Source of the DNA: Bacillota bacterium
GTDB taxonomy: Bacteria > Bacillota > Limnochordia > DTU087
Direction: 5' to 3'
NCBI GenBank assembly: GCA_012798955.1
Contig: JAAZMF010000145.1
Span: forward strand, 15,450-79,449
Length of the DNA: 64,000 nt
A program made the translations under genes and the position numbers. The notes beneath the pieces are model-generated. The model saw only the letters and a program-made list of their open reading frames with translations, was not told the origin of the DNA and did no database searches. Shown one piece after another: positions 20,569 to 33,021 of this stretch. The stretch's first letter is position 1. Every line of letters begins with the position of its first letter.

Positions 20569-20934
20569 TTAGAAATCAAGACCTGCCTCCCGAGCCCCTT
20601 CTGCCAAGGCTGCTACTCGCCCGGCATACTGGTTTCCGCCTCGGTCAAATACAACCTGCTTAATACCACTTTCCAAAGCCCGTTGTGCCACCAATTCCCC
20701 CACTGCCTTGGCAGCGTCCACATCTCCTGTGCTCTCGACTCGGCCACGGAGTTCAGGATCTAATGTGGAAGCCGCTACTAAAGTCTGGCCTACAGTATCA
20801 TCGATGACTTGAGCATAGATGTGCTTCAAGCTCCGGTAGACATTGAGGCGGGGCCGCTCTGGTGTGCCCATAACCCGGTTTCGCAGCCGCACGTGGCGTT
20901 TGCGTCGGGCGACTTTGCGTTCAAATCTTGGCAT
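20569..20934 (-). CDS. rplR: 50S ribosomal protein L18
   Basis: [34 protein letters not shown]. Confidence 0.97.
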   Translation of the reverse strand: MPRFERKVARRKRHVRLRNRVMGTPERPRLNVYRSLKHIYAQVIDDTVGQTLVAASTLDPELRGRVESTGDVDAAKAVGELVAQRALESGIKQVVFDRGGNQYAGRVAALAEGAREAGLDF

Positions 20935-20950
20935 TTACCTTCACCTCTTC

Positions 20951-21490
20951 TTAGACTCTACCTGCCTTACCCGCCTTGCGTCTGATCTGCTCTCCGGCAT
21001 ACCGGATACCCTTGCCAAGATATGGCTCCGGTGGCCGAATAGCCCTGATCTTTGCGGCGGTTTCGCCTACCAGCTGCTTATCTATACCACTCACTGAAAT
21101 CCGGGTAGGCGCCGGTACCTCGAACTCAATCCCCGGCTCAGGCTCGATCTCAACAAGATGGGAAAAGCCCATATTCAATACAAGGGTATTTCCCTGTTTG
21201 GTAGCTCGGTATCCTACTCCCGTGATCTCTAGATTTCTTTGATAGCCCTTGGTGACCCCGTCTATCATGTTGGCCAAAAGGCTACGGGTCAAGCCGTGCA
21301 GCGATTTGTGATTCTTGTTATCACTCGGTCGCTGCACTGTGAGGGCATTGTCCTCTAGGGCAATAATCATATCCGGATGAAACTGCTGCGTTAAAGCACC
21401 TTTAGGTCCCCGGACTGTCACTGTCTGGCCGTTGATATCCACTTGCACCCCATCTGGAATCTCCACCGGCATTCTACCGATCCTGGACAC
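20951..21490 (-). CDS. rplF: 50S ribosomal protein L6
   Basis: [17 protein letters not shown]... Confidence 0.97.
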   Translation of the reverse strand: MSRIGRMPVEIPDGVQVDINGQTVTVRGPKGALTQQFHPDMIIALEDNALTVQRPSDNKNHKSLHGLTRSLLANMIDGVTKGYQRNLEITGVGYRATKQGNTLVLNMGFSHLVEIEPEPGIEFEVPAPTRISVSGIDKQLVGETAAKIRAIRPPEPYLGKGIRYAGEQIRRKAGKAGRV

Positions 21491-21561
21491 GATTGCCCCT
21501 CCTCTCTCCTAATTGGAAACAATAGTCGTATCGGGTCTCTATGGAAGCCTTTGCTAGTAGC

Positions 21562-21960
21562 TTACCACACATAACAAAGGACCTCGCCGCCTACACGGGC
21601 CTGCCGTGCTGCCTTATCTGTCATTACTCCCTGGGAGGTAGACAGCACTGCTATACCCAAACCCCCTAACACCCGGGGTATCTCGTCTTTCTTCGCATAT
21701 ACCCTTAATCCCGGCTTACTGATCCGCTTAATACCACTAATGATCAGCTGTTTATTGGCTCCATACTTAAGATAAACGCGTAAGAATCCATGTTTGCCAT
21801 CATCGACTACTTTGTAGTCCCGAATATAACCTTCTTCTTTTAAGATCCGCGCCACGTCTACCTTTAGTTTAGAGACGGGGATATCCACACTGTCGTGCTT
21901 GGCGCTATTGGCATTGCGAACGCGCGTCAGCATATCAGCAATTGGGTCTGTCATTACCAT
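21562..21960 (-). CDS. rpsH: 30S ribosomal protein S8
   Basis: [17 protein letters not shown]... Confidence 0.97.
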   Translation of the reverse strand: MVMTDPIADMLTRVRNANSAKHDSVDIPVSKLKVDVARILKEEGYIRDYKVVDDGKHGFLRVYLKYGANKQLIISGIKRISKPGLRVYAKKDEIPRVLGGLGIAVLSTSQGVMTDKAARQARVGGEVLCYVW

Positions 21961-21989
21961 TGGGCAACCCCCTTCCTCATGGCTCTTTC

Positions 21990-22175
21990 TTACCAGCTAG
22001 CCTTTGTAATGCCAGGCATCTCACCTCTGGAGGCCAATTCCCGGAAGCAGATCCGGCATACCTGGAACTTACGCATGTAGCCTCGAGGGCGTCCACAGAT
22101 GCGGCAGCGATTAACCCGGCGTGTTGAGAACTTGGGAGCTCTCTGAGCCCGGATAACCATTGATTTTCTCGCCAC
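21990..22175 (-). CDS. rpsN: 30S ribosomal protein S14, type Z (zinc-binding)
   Basis: 61 aa, ...[26 protein letters not shown]...ITKASW. Confidence 0.96.
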   Translation of the reverse strand: MARKSMVIRAQRAPKFSTRRVNRCRICGRPRGYMRKFQVCRICFRELASRGEMPGITKASW

Positions 22176-22246
22176 AGTATCACTCCTTTGCGATGGCCTG
22201 GTTTTCGCCTTCCCCTAGCTTCCGCACTACGCCACCTTTTCTGACG

Positions 22247-22786
22247 CTACTGTCGGAAGGGCATCCCCAGGGCTCTTAACATTTCTAATGCTTCTTCATC
22301 AGTCTCAGCAGTTGTCTCGATTACTATATTCATACCTTGTACCCGTTCCACATCATCATACCGAATCTCTGGGAAGATGAGTTGTTCACGAATACCGAGA
22401 GTATAATTACCTCGCCCATCAAAGGAACGGGGAGATACGCCGCGAAAGTCTCGGATGCGAGGTAAAGCCGCATTAATCAGCTTATCCAAAAACTCGTACA
22501 TCCGCTCACCCCTAAGGGTCACCATGCAGCCTACAGGCATGCCTTCCCGCACCTTAAAAGCTGCTACTGACTTCTTGGCCTTGGTAATCACAGGCTTCTG
22601 CCCGGTGATAATGGTCAAGTCCTTGACGGCGGCATCCATGGCTTTAGCATCCTGAACGGCCGCGCCGACTCCCATATTGACAGTGATCTTGTTTACCTTG
22701 GGCACCATCATCACGTTGTTATAGTTGAACCTGTCCATCAAGGCAGGAACAGCTTCGTTTTGATACTTATCTTTCAGCCGTGACAT
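22247..22786 (-). CDS. rplE: 50S ribosomal protein L5
   Basis: [22 protein letters not shown]... The track ORF extends to 22807. Confidence 0.96.
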   Translation of the reverse strand: MSRLKDKYQNEAVPALMDRFNYNNVMMVPKVNKITVNMGVGAAVQDAKAMDAAVKDLTIITGQKPVITKAKKSVAAFKVREGMPVGCMVTLRGERMYEFLDKLINAALPRIRDFRGVSPRSFDGRGNYTLGIREQLIFPEIRYDDVERVQGMNIVIETTAETDEEALEMLRALGMPFRQ

Positions 22787-22809
22787 CTTGCTGCCCTCCT
22801 TCCACACCG

Positions 22810-23127
22810 TTAATCAATGGGTCTATCACATCTTTTACATATCCTTACAACCCCGTTGGGATCCCGCTGCCTCTGTACTCGGCTGGGTTTATCACAATGA
22901 GGGCACACTAGCATAACCTTAGAGGCATCCATGGGAGCGGGGCTCTCGATAATGCCACCTTGGGTATTCGTAGGGGTGGGTCGGGTGTGCTTTTTCATCA
23001 TGTTAATACCATCGATGATGACACGATTCTTCTTTGGCAATACCCGCAGGATCTTGCCAGACTTACCCCGCTCTTCCCCTGTTAGGACGTAAACCCGGTC
23101 ACCTTTTTTAACGTGCACCTTGGCCAC
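22810..23127 (-). CDS. rplX: 50S ribosomal protein L24 (Cys4 C-terminal form)
   Basis: [27 protein letters not shown] 23127 lies 9 nt after GGAAGGAGG; the alternative ATG is at 23148. C-terminus has CPHC...CKRC. Confidence 0.94.
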   Translation of the reverse strand: MAKVHVKKGDRVYVLTGEERGKSGKILRVLPKKNRVIIDGINMMKKHTRPTPTNTQGGIIESPAPMDASKVMLVCPHCDKPSRVQRQRDPNGVVRICKRCDRPID

Positions 23128-23153
23128 TGGCTCCAACCTCCTTCCCATGGAAA

Positions 23154-23522
23154 CTACAATACTTCCGGTGCGAGGGACACAATTCTCATAAAGTTCGCCT
23201 CACGCAGCTCCCGGGCAACGGGCCCAAAAATGCGAGTGCCACGGGGATTATTTTGGTTATCTATAATTACCGCCGCGTTTTCGTCAAAGCGAATGTAAGT
23301 GCCATCGTTACGCCCAGTGGGCTGTTTGGTCCGAACGATAACGGCATTTACAATATCGCCCTTCTTTACCACGCCGCCGGGCGTTGCTTCTTTGACGGTA
23401 GCCACTATTACGTCGCCTATCCGAGCATATCGCCGTCCAGTTCCCCCGGGAACTCGAATGCAAAGAATCTCTCTAGCTCCTGAGTTGTCGGCTACTTTTA
23501 CTACCGATTCTTGTTGAATCAC
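23154..23522 (-). CDS. rplN: 50S ribosomal protein L14
   Basis: (V)[26 protein letters not shown] 23522 lies 8 nt after GGAAGGAGG. The track ORF extends to 23552. Confidence 0.95.
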   Translation of the reverse strand: MIQQESVVKVADNSGAREILCIRVPGGTGRRYARIGDVIVATVKEATPGGVVKKGDIVNAVIVRTKQPTGRNDGTYIRFDENAAVIIDNQNNPRGTRIFGPVARELREANFMRIVSLAPEVL

Positions 23523-23585
23523 GACCCGTACCTCCTTCCACAACCTAACCATACTGTTCTCCCCATCTAACTGGGAGGATGGCTA

Positions 23586-23843
23586 CTATCTAGCCTTTTC
23601 TACAATCTCGACCAAACGCCACCGCTTATCTTTGGAAAGTGGCCTAGTTTCCATGATGCGCACCCTATCACCTATACCGGCACTATTGTTTTCATCATGG
23701 GCTTTGAACTTGGTGCTGCGATTGATATATTTTCCATAGAGGGAATGCTTAACACGCCGCTCTACCTGTACCACTACGGTTTTATCCATCTTGTCGGAGA
23801 CAACTGTCCCCACACGGCTCTTGCGCATGTTGCGCTCAACCAT
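23586..23843 (-). CDS. rpsQ: 30S ribosomal protein S17
   Basis: [27 protein letters not shown]. Confidence 0.97.
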   Translation of the reverse strand: MVERNMRKSRVGTVVSDKMDKTVVVQVERRVKHSLYGKYINRSTKFKAHDENNSAGIGDRVRIMETRPLSKDKRWRLVEIVEKAR

Positions 23844-23870
23844 GTCTACACCCCCTTCAATCTAGGGATA

Positions 23871-24071
23871 TTAGCGGGCTATTCCTAGCTCCCGTTCTCT
23901 CAAAATAGTTTTTACCCGAGCGATGTCTCGGCGCACATCCCGCACCCTCATGGGGTTATCAAGCTGCGCAGTAACCATCTGGAACCGCAAGTTGAACAGC
24001 TCTTCTTTGAGATCGTCGAGCTTTCGCCCTAGTTCTTCTGATGTCATTGCTCTGATTTCCTCAGCCTTCAT
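23871..24071 (-). CDS. rpmC: 50S ribosomal protein L29
   Basis: [34 protein letters not shown] 24071 overlaps the rplP end by 11 nt. The track ORF extends to 24095. Confidence 0.94.
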   Translation of the reverse strand: MKAEEIRAMTSEELGRKLDDLKEELFNLRFQMVTAQLDNPMRVRDVRRDIARVKTILRERELGIAR

Positions 24072-24495
24072 GCGCCTCACCACCTGCCTGATCACGCGTG
24101 ATGAACTTCGTCTTAACGGGCAGCTTATGGGCTGCTAGCCGCATGGCTTCTTTAGCTAAATCCTCCGGGACACCGGCTATTTCGAACATTACCCTTCCAG
24201 GTTTAACTACTGCTACCCAATGATCCGGTGCGCCCTTACCTTTACCCATCCGGGTTTCAGCAGGACGGGATGTTACTGGTTTATCTGGAAAAATCTTTAC
24301 CCACACTTTCCCACCTCGGCGGATATAGCGGGTCATGGCAATACGTGCCGCCTCAATCTGAGCGCTGGTAATCCAGCCTGGCTCCATAGCCTGTAACCCG
24401 TAATCTCCAAAAGTGACTGTGGACCCTCTTTGTGCGAAACCCTTCATACGGCCCCGCTGTTGCTTACGATACTTAACTCTCTTGGGGATCAGCAT
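24061..24495 (-). CDS. rplP: 50S ribosomal protein L16
   Basis: [19 protein letters not shown]... Confidence 0.97.
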   Translation of the reverse strand: MLIPKRVKYRKQQRGRMKGFAQRGSTVTFGDYGLQAMEPGWITSAQIEAARIAMTRYIRRGGKVWVKIFPDKPVTSRPAETRMGKGKGAPDHWVAVVKPGRVMFEIAGVPEDLAKEAMRLAAHKLPVKTKFITRDQAGGEAHEG

Positions 24496-24497
24496 CC

Positions 24498-25157
24498 CTA
24501 TTCCCCTCCCTTTGCCCTCTTCTCCTTCTCAGGGAGGATTTCTCCCTTATAGATCCAGACCTTAACACCGATGAGGCCATAGGTTGTGGCAGCTTCTGCA
24601 AAACCGTAATCGATATCAGCCCGCAAAGTGTGAAGGGGGATACTGCCCTCGGGAGTCCACTCCGTTCGAGCAATTTCGGCTCCACCTAGACGCCCAGATA
24701 CCGAAATCTTGATACCTTTCGCTCCAAAGCGCATGGATCGCTGCTGGGCCTGCCTCATGGCCCTTCTAAATGACACCCGTCGCTCCAGTTGGAAAGCGAT
24801 ATTCTCCGCTACTAGCTGGGCATCGATCTCTGGAACCTTGATCTCTACGATATTGATCTGGCATTGTCGGCCAGTTTGAGCCTCAATGTCTTTGCGTAAG
24901 CTATCTACTTCTGCACCGCCCCGGCCTATAACCATACCAGGTCGGGCTGTATGCACTGTAATCTTAAGGCGATTTGCCGCCCGTTCAATCTCCACTCGGG
25001 ATATACCTGCAGTATAGAACCGTTCCTTAATCGTCTTCCGCAGGGCCAGATCCTCGTGGAGTAAATCCGCGTAGTTCCGATTGCCAGCATACCATCTACT
25101 CTCCCAGTCCCGGATGATGCCCACCCGTAAACTGATAGGGTTTATCTTTTGCCCCAC
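24498..25157 (-). CDS. rpsC: 30S ribosomal protein S3
   Basis: [24 protein letters not shown]... Confidence 0.97.
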   Translation of the reverse strand: MGQKINPISLRVGIIRDWESRWYAGNRNYADLLHEDLALRKTIKERFYTAGISRVEIERAANRLKITVHTARPGMVIGRGGAEVDSLRKDIEAQTGRQCQINIVEIKVPEIDAQLVAENIAFQLERRVSFRRAMRQAQQRSMRFGAKGIKISVSGRLGGAEIARTEWTPEGSIPLHTLRADIDYGFAEAATTYGLIGVKVWIYKGEILPEKEKRAKGGE

Positions 25158-25161
25158 GCAT

Positions 25162-25500
25162 CTATTCCTCCTTTTCTGCCAAAACCACGGTGATATGGCT
25201 AGTTCGTTTGCGAATCCTATATGCCATACCCCGGGCCCGCGGCCTAATTCTCTTCATGGTCGGCCCTTCGTCCACATAGGCCCGACTTACATACAGCCTG
25301 CGTCCGTCCATGTCGTAATTATTTTCAGCATTGGCCATAGCCGAAAGTAACGTCTTCTCTATTACACCGGAAGCGGCCTTCGGGGTGTGGCGCAGAACTG
25401 CTATAGCTTCCCCCACGTCTTTGCCCCGGATCAGATCAATCACTTGCCGGGCCTTACGGGGTGACATCCGTACATGGCGTGCTACTGCCTTGGCTTCCAT
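25162..25500 (-). CDS. rplV: 50S ribosomal protein L22
   Basis: [27 protein letters not shown]. Confidence 0.97.
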   Translation of the reverse strand: MEAKAVARHVRMSPRKARQVIDLIRGKDVGEAIAVLRHTPKAASGVIEKTLLSAMANAENNYDMDGRRLYVSRAYVDEGPTMKRIRPRARGMAYRIRKRTSHITVVLAEKEE

Positions 25501-25519
25501 TTTTTTACCCCCCTACCCG

Positions 25520-25801
25520 CTACCGCGCTCTTGATATTCTCTCGCTCCCAGCATGATTTCTAAACATACGGGTGGGAGCAAATTCACCTAATTTGTGACC
25601 TACCATATCCTCTGTGATATAAACCGGGACATGCCTGCGACCGTCATGCACCGCGATGGTGTGACCCACCAACTCAGGGAAAATAGTCGATCGCCGCGAC
25701 CAAGTCCGAATCACCCGCTTTTCGCCTTTTTCGTTCATAGCTTCAATCTTTTTTAGCAGGTGGTCATCGATAAAGGGTCCCTTCTTCAGAGATCTACCCA
25801 T
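25520..25801 (-). CDS. rpsS: 30S ribosomal protein S19
   Basis: [20 protein letters not shown]... Confidence 0.97.
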   Translation of the reverse strand: MGRSLKKGPFIDDHLLKKIEAMNEKGEKRVIRTWSRRSTIFPELVGHTIAVHDGRRHVPVYITEDMVGHKLGEFAPTRMFRNHAGSERISRAR

Positions 25802-25885
25802 CTATTCAATCCTCCCTTCCCCGGAGGTATCTAGGCCCATCCCTTGCCGGTAGCACTTAATCCGCCAGGGGATAGCCATTCACCT

Positions 25886-26713
25886 CTACCGCTTGCGCTT
25901 CCGCACAATATATCTATCAGAAAGCTTCTTCTTGCGGGTTTTCGCACCAACTGTCGGTTTACCCCAAGGTGTAAGCGGTGTAGGCATACCAATGGGGGCC
26001 CTGCCTTCGCCACCACCATGGGGATGATCCGCAGCGTTCATTGCGAGTCCCCTAGTCTGTGGCCGAACTCCCAGCCAACGATTGCGTCCAGCTTTACCTA
26101 TGGTAACATTCTCGTGATTTACGTTGCCTACCTGACCAATGGTGGCCCGGCACTCAAGTAGCACCATTCTAAACTCACCCGACGGTAAACGTAAGGTAGC
26201 GTATTTCCCTTCCTTGGCCATGAGCTGCGCTGCAGAACCAGCTGCCCGCACCATCTGACCACCCTTGCCTGGATACAGCTCGACATTATGCACCATGGTA
26301 CCAGTGGGAATGTCTCTAAGCATAAGGGCGTTACCCGGCTTAATATCGGCCTCGGGGCCCGATGTTACGGTATCACCAGGTTGTAGTCCAACCGGAGCTA
26401 GAATATACCGCTTCTCGCCATCGGCATAGTGCAGTAGTGCTATCCGTGCAGACCGATTAGGATCGTACTCAATACCTGCAACCTTTGCTGGGATCCCATC
26501 TTTGTCTCGGCGAAAATCGATAATGCGGTACTTCCGTTTATGCCCACCGCCCCGATGGCGCGCAGTCTTACGACCTTGGCTATTGCGTCCACCAGTTCCA
26601 GACAGGGGAGCTAGTAGCGACTTCTCCGGCTCAGTTTTGGTAATCTCATCAAAGGTGAATCCTGTCATACTCCGACGACCCGGTGAAGTCGGTTTGAACT
26701 TCTTAATCGCCAC
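25886..26713 (-). CDS. rplB: 50S ribosomal protein L2
   Basis: [14 protein letters not shown]...HPHGGGEGR. Confidence 0.97.
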   Translation of the reverse strand: MAIKKFKPTSPGRRSMTGFTFDEITKTEPEKSLLAPLSGTGGRNSQGRKTARHRGGGHKRKYRIIDFRRDKDGIPAKVAGIEYDPNRSARIALLHYADGEKRYILAPVGLQPGDTVTSGPEADIKPGNALMLRDIPTGTMVHNVELYPGKGGQMVRAAGSAAQLMAKEGKYATLRLPSGEFRMVLLECRATIGQVGNVNHENVTIGKAGRNRWLGVRPQTRGLAMNAADHPHGGGEGRAPIGMPTPLTPWGKPTVGAKTRKKKLSDRYIVRKRKR

Positions 26714-26777
26714 TTGTTTTCCCCTCCTTACTTACATAGTCCCCTAGCTAGTAGGGGTGTAATACCCTTCACAGTTC

Positions 26778-27065
26778 CTATATTCCATCGAAGAGCTCAA
26801 TGCTTTGGCCATCTTTAACCGTAACGATGGCCTTTTTCCAGTCAGGGCGCTTGCCCTCGTATCGACCCATGCGCCTTACTTTACCTCGCACACGCATGGT
26901 ATTTACCTTTTCGACCTCGACATTGAAAGCCCGTTCCACGGCTTCCCGAATCTGGGGTTTGGTCGCTCGCAAATCTACCACAAAAGTATACTTGTTATCT
27001 TCCATTAAAGCCATGGTTCTCTCACTTACTATCGGTCGACGGATGATGCTGCGCAGATCTCCCAC
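26778..27065 (-). CDS. rplW: 50S ribosomal protein L23
   Basis: IIRRPIVSERTMALMEDNKYTFVVD. The GTG start shares one nt with the rplD stop (TAGTG). Confidence 0.95.
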   Translation of the reverse strand: MGDLRSIIRRPIVSERTMALMEDNKYTFVVDLRATKPQIREAVERAFNVEVEKVNTMRVRGKVRRMGRYEGKRPDWKKAIVTVKDGQSIELFDGI

Positions 27066-27688
27066 TATGACAGCACCTCCTCGATAGCTTCTATGGCTTT
27101 CCTGGTCACGATCAGGTTGTCACAATTCAACACGTTGTAGACGTTAAGATCCTGTGCCCGGGATGTGTTTACCCCACTAATGTTGCGGGCAGACAAATAT
27201 ACATTCCGTCCTGCATCACAGGTTACTATCAAAGATTTCCCTTCCGCCTCTAGACTCCGCAAAACACCAACCATGCTCCGTGTTTTGGGTTCCTCAAAGT
27301 GCAGATCATCAAGGACGATCAAGCTACCGGCGGCAACTTTAGATGACAAAGCCGATCTCAAAGCCTGTCGGCGGGCTTTTTTTGGCATAGAGAATCTATA
27401 TTCTCGCGGCGTTGGTCCAAAAGTGACGCCTCCGCCTACCCAAATAGGCGACCGGATGCTACCGTGTCTAGCTCGCCCAGTACCCTTCTGCCGCCAGGGC
27501 TTGCGACCACCGCCTCGGACCGCGGCCCTAGTCTTTGTGGCTGCGTTACCCTGTCGCTGGTTAGCTAAATACATTACCACCGCCTGATGCATAAGACCTT
27601 CATTCACTGCCGCGGCGAAAATATCTTCGTTAAGCTCCAGCTCGCCGACGGTTTTGCCCTGCATATCATAGACAGCGACTTTCGGCAT
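27065..27688 (-). CDS. rplD: 50S ribosomal protein L4
   Basis: MPKVAVYDMQGKTVGELEL...GGGRKPWRQKGTGRAR. Confidence 0.97.
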   Translation of the reverse strand: MPKVAVYDMQGKTVGELELNEDIFAAAVNEGLMHQAVVMYLANQRQGNAATKTRAAVRGGGRKPWRQKGTGRARHGSIRSPIWVGGGVTFGPTPREYRFSMPKKARRQALRSALSSKVAAGSLIVLDDLHFEEPKTRSMVGVLRSLEAEGKSLIVTCDAGRNVYLSARNISGVNTSRAQDLNVYNVLNCDNLIVTRKAIEAIEEVLS

Positions 27689-27743
27689 CGGATCTGCCCC
27701 CTTTCCTCAAATTCCATATGGTTCCACACAAATAAGTCCCTTT

Positions 27744-28379
27744 TTAACCTTTTACAGTGGCCTGGACTCTAACTAGACTACCCCTGGTACCGGGCACACC
27801 GCCCTTGACCAATAGTAGGTTACGTTCAGCATCCACTCGGACAATCTCCAATCCTTGAATGGTTCGACGAACACTACCCATTCTCCCAGGAAGCTTACGC
27901 CCTTTGAATACCCGGGACTGCCCCGCCGAACCCAAAGAGCCAACACCTCGGTGGTACTTAGACCCATGTTTCATAGGGCCCCTATGATAACCCCAGCGTT
28001 TAATCACACCGGCAGTGCCCTTGCCCTTAGTAGTCCCGGTGACATCAACCACATCCCCCGCCTCAAAAATATCCACGGCGATGGTGTCACCAGCTTCAAG
28101 ATCCTGGAATTCCTCCACGTCTTCGGTGCGAAATTCCCGCAGGTATCTAACATTCCCTGCTCCAGCCTTAGCCAAATGGCCCCTCTGGCCTTTAGTAAGC
28201 AGTTTTTGCCGAACCTCACCAAATCCAACCTGTACCGCTTGGTAGCCGTCGACCTCCTGGCTCTTAACCTGAACCACAACGTTTGGAGTGGCCTCAATCA
28301 CGGTAACTGGCACCAACTGCCCATTTTCAGTAAAAACTTGGGTCATGCCTATTTTGCGTCCCAAAATCCCTTTTGGCAT
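27744..28379 (-). CDS. rplC: 50S ribosomal protein L3
   Basis: [29 protein letters not shown]. Confidence 0.97.
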   Translation of the reverse strand: MPKGILGRKIGMTQVFTENGQLVPVTVIEATPNVVVQVKSQEVDGYQAVQVGFGEVRQKLLTKGQRGHLAKAGAGNVRYLREFRTEDVEEFQDLEAGDTIAVDIFEAGDVVDVTGTTKGKGTAGVIKRWGYHRGPMKHGSKYHRGVGSLGSAGQSRVFKGRKLPGRMGSVRRTIQGLEIVRVDAERNLLLVKGGVPGTRGSLVRVQATVKG

Positions 28380-28423
28380 CTCTTACACCCCCTTGCACAG
28401 CCTAAACCGCTACGATGACTATT

Positions 28424-28732
28424 CTAGAGCTTGATTTCGATATCAACTGCCGCCGGTAGATCCAGCCGCATTAAGGCATCCACCGTCTTAGGTGTCGGCT
28501 CCAGAATATCAATAAGTCGCTTATGAGTGCGCATCTCAAATTGCTCTCGGGCGTCTTTGTGGATATGCACAGACCGCAATACCGTGTAGATATTACGCTC
28601 AGTCGGCAACGGAATCGGACCCGAGACCACAGCCCCCGTTCGCAAGGCTGTATCTACTATTTTCTCTGCCGCGGCATCCAAGAGTTTGTGGTCATATGCC
28701 TTAAGGCGGATGCGTATTCTCTGTTTCGCCAT
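28424..28732 (-). CDS. rpsJ: 30S ribosomal protein S10
   Basis: [19 protein letters not shown]... Confidence 0.97.
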   Translation of the reverse strand: MAKQRIRIRLKAYDHKLLDAAAEKIVDTALRTGAVVSGPIPLPTERNIYTVLRSVHIHKDAREQFEMRTHKRLIDILEPTPKTVDALMRLDLPAAVDIEIKL

Positions 28733-28883
28733 GGATTTCCCTCCTTTTGCGTCCGATGCTCAGACATGCTCCACGAAAATTCCCCGGCACCTGCTACCCA
28801 TTTAACCTAGCCTGGAGGCAGAGGAGATAGGGCCGGCAACCTCTCGCTTCATCGCTAACTTGCCTTGTCTTGGCACAGACAGA

Positions 28884-28910
28884 GGGGGATTCCTTATCCC
28901 TGAATCCCCC
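28884..28910 (-). terminator. hairpin after tuf (weak terminator or attenuator ahead of the S10 operon)
   Basis: GGGGGATTC-9 nt-GAATCCCCC, then TCTGTCTGT on the minus strand. The U-tract is poor. It lies inside the 261-nt tuf-rpsJ spacer. Confidence 0.45.
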
Positions 28911-28993
28911 TATCCAGAGCAACGTGTTTGGTCGATGATGCTCACGGATTTCTCTGGGCCATAGGCATTCTCTATAGCTATAATCACAGTTTC

Positions 28994-30190
28994 TTAAGCT
29001 AAGATCTTAGTTACTACGCCTGCACCTACTGTACGGCCACCCTCACGGATAGCAAAGCGAAGGCCTTCTTCCATAGCGATGGGAGTAATTAGCTCACCGT
29101 TCACCCGGATGTTATCGCCAGGCATGATCATCTCTACACCCTCAGGTAAGTGCACAACACCGGTAACGTCAGTTGTTCTAAAATAGAACTGGGGACGATA
29201 ACCAGTAAAGAATGGCGTATGTCGGCCGCCCTCTTCCTTGGACAAGATATAGACTTCACCCTCGAACTTAGTATGGGGGGTGATGCTTCCGGGCTTGGCC
29301 AGAACCTGACCACGCTCAATTTCCTCACGGTCAACGCCCCGGAGCAGTACACCAACGTTGTCCCCCGCCTGGGCCTGATCAAGCAGCTTCCGGAACATCT
29401 CTACTCCAGTAGCTACCGTCTTGCGGCTATCGCGCAGGCCAACGATCTCAACCTCGTCACCGACTTTAACAACGCCACGCTCAACCCTACCAGTGGCTAC
29501 GGTACCGCGACCAGTAATGGTAAATACGTCTTCAACTGGCATGAGGAAAGGTCTGTCGATGTCTCGAGCTGGGGTGGGAATATACTCATCCACAGCATCC
29601 ATGAGAGCCTTTAGCCTATCACACCACTCACATTCGTTACAGCCACCGCACTCAAGCACCTTTAGTCCTGAGCCGGATAATACAGGAATCTCATCGCCGG
29701 GGAACTCGTACTCGTTGAGAAGATCCCTAACTTCCATCTCAACAAGCTCCATAAGCTCCTCATCATCCACCATGTCGGCCTTATTTAGCCAAACAACAAT
29801 TGCCGGTACCCCTACCTGACGGGCAAGTAGAATGTGCTCCCGGGTCTGGGGCATAGGGCCGTCAGCGGCAGACACTACTAGGATAGCGCCGTCCATCTGG
29901 GCAGCACCGGTAATCATGTTTTTTACATAGTCGGCGTGACCAGGGCAGTCCACGTGGGCATAGTGACGATTCTCTGTCTCATACTCAACGTGGGAGGTAT
30001 TAATGGTAATACCACGCTCCCTCTCTTCGGGGGCCTTATCGATCTCATCAAACTTCCGGGCAGTCGCCATTCCAGTCTGGGAAAGCAGCAAAGTAATAGC
30101 GGCAGTGGTAGTAGTCTTGCCGTGGTCAACGTGACCGATGGTTCCAATGTTTACGTGAGGCTTAGTCCTTTCAAACTTCTGTTTAGCCAA
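28994..30190 (-). CDS. tuf: elongation factor Tu
   Basis: [36 protein letters not shown]. Contains a [10 protein letters not shown] insertion (see findings). Confidence 0.98.
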   Translation of the reverse strand: MAKQKFERTKPHVNIGTIGHVDHGKTTTTAAITLLLSQTGMATARKFDEIDKAPEERERGITINTSHVEYETENRHYAHVDCPGHADYVKNMITGAAQMDGAILVVSAADGPMPQTREHILLARQVGVPAIVVWLNKADMVDDEELMELVEMEVRDLLNEYEFPGDEIPVLSGSGLKVLECGGCNECEWCDRLKALMDAVDEYIPTPARDIDRPFLMPVEDVFTITGRGTVATGRVERGVVKVGDEVEIVGLRDSRKTVATGVEMFRKLLDQAQAGDNVGVLLRGVDREEIERGQVLAKPGSITPHTKFEGEVYILSKEEGGRHTPFFTGYRPQFYFRTTDVTGVVHLPEGVEMIMPGDNIRVNGELITPIAMEEGLRFAIREGGRTVGAGVVTKILA

Positions 30191-30314
30191 TGCTCATATC
30201 CTCCTTCACAAGCAGCTTAAGATAACCAGCATATATCGTGATTTTTATCAGCTACAACTCAGGGTTACCCTTAACCCCTCGTTATCTAGCTTCCTAGCAA
30301 ATTATAGCAGAAAC

Positions 30315-32384
30315 TCAGCTTGTAGTCACTAACTCTTCTGCTATACTGGCCGGCACACCATCATAGTGAGCAAAGCTCATCACATAGGTAGCCCGCCCTT
30401 GGGTCATGGAACGCAAATCAGTTGCATACCCAAACATCTCCCGCAAAGGCACAAACGCACGGATTACCTGAGCTGTTCCCCGGGATTCCATACCCTCAAC
30501 TCTGCCTCGGCGAGCATTAAGATTACCCAACACATCACCCAAAAACTCCTCAGGGGTAACGACTTCTACCTTCATGATGGGCTCCAACAAAACTGGATCA
30601 GCTTTTTTCATACCTTCTCTAAAGCCAAGGGATCCAGCTATCTTAAAGGCAATCTCCGATGAGTCCACCTCATGATAGGAGCCATCAACTGCGGTAACCT
30701 TAACATCTACCACCGGGTATCCAGCTAAGATGCCACTTGCGGTGGCCTCTCTTACGCCAGCCTCTACAGCGGGGAGAAATTCCTTAGGGACTACTCCGCC
30801 CACAATCTTGCTTTCAAATTCGATCCCAGAACCCCGCTCCAAGGGCTCTATCTCCAAAACGATATGACCATACTGACCCCGGCCGCCACTTTGGCGAACG
30901 AAGCGCCCTTCGGAACGCACCGGTTTGGTAATACTTTCCCTGTAGGCAACCTGAGGCTTACCAACATTAGCCTGCACATTGAACTCCCGAAGCATACGGT
31001 CAACGATGACCTCCAAATGCAGTTCACCCATACCAGAGATAATGGTTTGACCGGTCTCTTCATCGGTATGCACTTGGAAAGTAGGATCTTCTTCTGATAG
31101 CCTCTGCAAACCAATGGACAACTTGTCCTGATCCGCCTTGGTCTTAGGTTCAATGGCACGGTCTATCACAGGTGCAGGAAAAACCAAAGATTCCAGCACA
31201 ATGGGCTCGTCTTCATCACAGAGCGTGTCACCGGTTACAGTACTTCTTAGACCCACAGCCGCAGCGATCTCACCACTATAGACGGCATCTTTTTCTTCCC
31301 GGTGATTGGCATGCATCTGCAGAATCCGTCCGATACGCTCTTTCTTACCCTTGCTGGAGTTATATACATAGGAACCAGCTTTAAGAGTACCGGAATACAC
31401 CCTAAAGAAAGCCAATTTACCAACATAAGGGTCGGTCATGATCTTAAAAGCTAAAGCACTAAAGGGAGCATCATCGCTTAGTGATCTGGAAATCGGTTCA
31501 GCAGTCGTAAGATCTGTGCCCTCCACTGGTGGCAAATCACTGGGAGCTGGCAAATACCGCACTACGGCATCAAGCAAAGGCTGTACTCCCTTGTTCTTAA
31601 AGGAGGAACCACATAGCACAGGGACAATCTTCGTTCCCACTGTCCCCCTGCGTAGCACAGCATTGATCTCATCAACCGATAGCTGTTCGCCCTCTAGATA
31701 TTTCACCATAAAGTCTTCGTCGACTTCAGCTAAAGCCTCCATCAACGCTTCCCGGGCGGCGGTCACCTCATCCATCATCTCAGGTGGAATGTCGGTTTCT
31801 TCCCGATGGGTTCCCAGATCATCAGCATAGTGGATAGCCTTTAACTCGACTAGATCCACAATACCTGAAAAGTTGTCTTCCGCGCCGATGGGCAACTGGA
31901 TGGGCACAGCGTTGGCGCCGAGGCGCTCCCGCATCATCTCCACTACGAGGGCAAAATTAGCTCCGGTACGATCCATCTTGTTGACATAGGCGATTCGGGG
32001 TACCCGATATCCATCGGCCTGTCTCCAAACGGTCTCCGACTGCGGCTCCACACCGCCCACGGAACAAAATACAGATATAGCACCATCTAAAACCCGTAGG
32101 GACCGTTCTACCTCAACAGTGAAGTCCACGTGCCCTGGCGTATCAATAATGTTGATACGATGACCCTGCCAATGACACGTAGTAGCCGCTGAGGTAATAG
32201 TAATACCCCGTTCCCGCTCCTGGACCATCCAGTCCATAGTAGCGGCACCATCATGGACCTCTCCGATTTTATGGACACGACCTGTATAGAAAAGAATGCG
32301 TTCAGTAGTTGTGGTCTTGCCCGCATCGATGTGAGCCATTATTCCAATGTTTCTTGTCTTGTCTATGGGATAATCCCGAGCCAC
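30315..32384 (-). CDS. fusA: elongation factor G
   Basis: [32 protein letters not shown]. Confidence 0.98.
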   Translation of the reverse strand: MARDYPIDKTRNIGIMAHIDAGKTTTTERILFYTGRVHKIGEVHDGAATMDWMVQERERGITITSAATTCHWQGHRINIIDTPGHVDFTVEVERSLRVLDGAISVFCSVGGVEPQSETVWRQADGYRVPRIAYVNKMDRTGANFALVVEMMRERLGANAVPIQLPIGAEDNFSGIVDLVELKAIHYADDLGTHREETDIPPEMMDEVTAAREALMEALAEVDEDFMVKYLEGEQLSVDEINAVLRRGTVGTKIVPVLCGSSFKNKGVQPLLDAVVRYLPAPSDLPPVEGTDLTTAEPISRSLSDDAPFSALAFKIMTDPYVGKLAFFRVYSGTLKAGSYVYNSSKGKKERIGRILQMHANHREEKDAVYSGEIAAAVGLRSTVTGDTLCDEDEPIVLESLVFPAPVIDRAIEPKTKADQDKLSIGLQRLSEEDPTFQVHTDEETGQTIISGMGELHLEVIVDRMLREFNVQANVGKPQVAYRESITKPVRSEGRFVRQSGGRGQYGHIVLEIEPLERGSGIEFESKIVGGVVPKEFLPAVEAGVREATASGILAGYPVVDVKVTAVDGSYHEVDSSEIAFKIAGSLGFREGMKKADPVLLEPIMKVEVVTPEEFLGDVLGNLNARRGRVEGMESRGTAQVIRAFVPLREMFGYATDLRSMTQGRATYVMSFAHYDGVPASIAEELVTTS

Positions 32385-32446
32385 TCTATAAGCCTCCCAA
32401 CCAGTTCATGGCAACAATCTAGAATCTCCCACCGGTAAACCCACTG

Positions 32447-32917
32447 TTACCAGCGATAATGGGCAAAAGCCTTGTTGGCTTCGGCCATCCGGTGTGTATC
32501 TTCCTTTTTCCTAACAGAACCACCTGTATTATTGGCGGCATCCATGAGTTCCGCGGCTAGGCGGGATGCCATGGTCTTTTCTCCTCGAGCTCTGGAAAAC
32601 TGCACAAGCCACCGCAAAGCTAGTGATCGGCGCCTATCAGGCCTTACTTCCACTGGCACTTGATAAGTTGCTCCCCCCACTCGCCGGGGCTTTACCTCTA
32701 ACACTGGCATGATGTTTTTCAGGGCCTCTTCCACAACTTCCATGGGATCCTTGCCGGATTTAGCCCCAATCTCTTCCAACGCACCATATACGATGCGCTC
32801 TGCTGTGTTTTTCTTGCCATCTAGCATAATAGTGTTAATCAGGCGAGCTACCGTTTCACTTTCATACTGTGGATCTGCTAGAATATCCCGCTTAGGTACA
32901 TAACCTCTTCTTGGCAT
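32447..32917 (-). CDS. rpsG: 30S ribosomal protein S7
   Basis: [18 protein letters not shown]...AFAHYRW. Confidence 0.97.
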   Translation of the reverse strand: MPRRGYVPKRDILADPQYESETVARLINTIMLDGKKNTAERIVYGALEEIGAKSGKDPMEVVEEALKNIMPVLEVKPRRVGGATYQVPVEVRPDRRRSLALRWLVQFSRARGEKTMASRLAAELMDAANNTGGSVRKKEDTHRMAEANKAFAHYRW

Positions 32918-33021
32918 TAATTCCCCCCCTTTGCAGAAGGTAATGGCATTAAGGGGTCAATTCCCCTATCACCATCCCCCATACTATCCTATAAGGTTAC
33001 TCGAATATACTGCCACAATCC

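Noticed and set aside
21977-22183. 68-aa minus-strand ORF overlapping rpsN in another frame. Similar small overlapping ORFs occur at 24473..24685, 25831..26019, 10773..11039 and 5753..6118.
   Set aside because: They are alternative-frame overlaps of well-supported genes, with no SD and no recognisable motifs.
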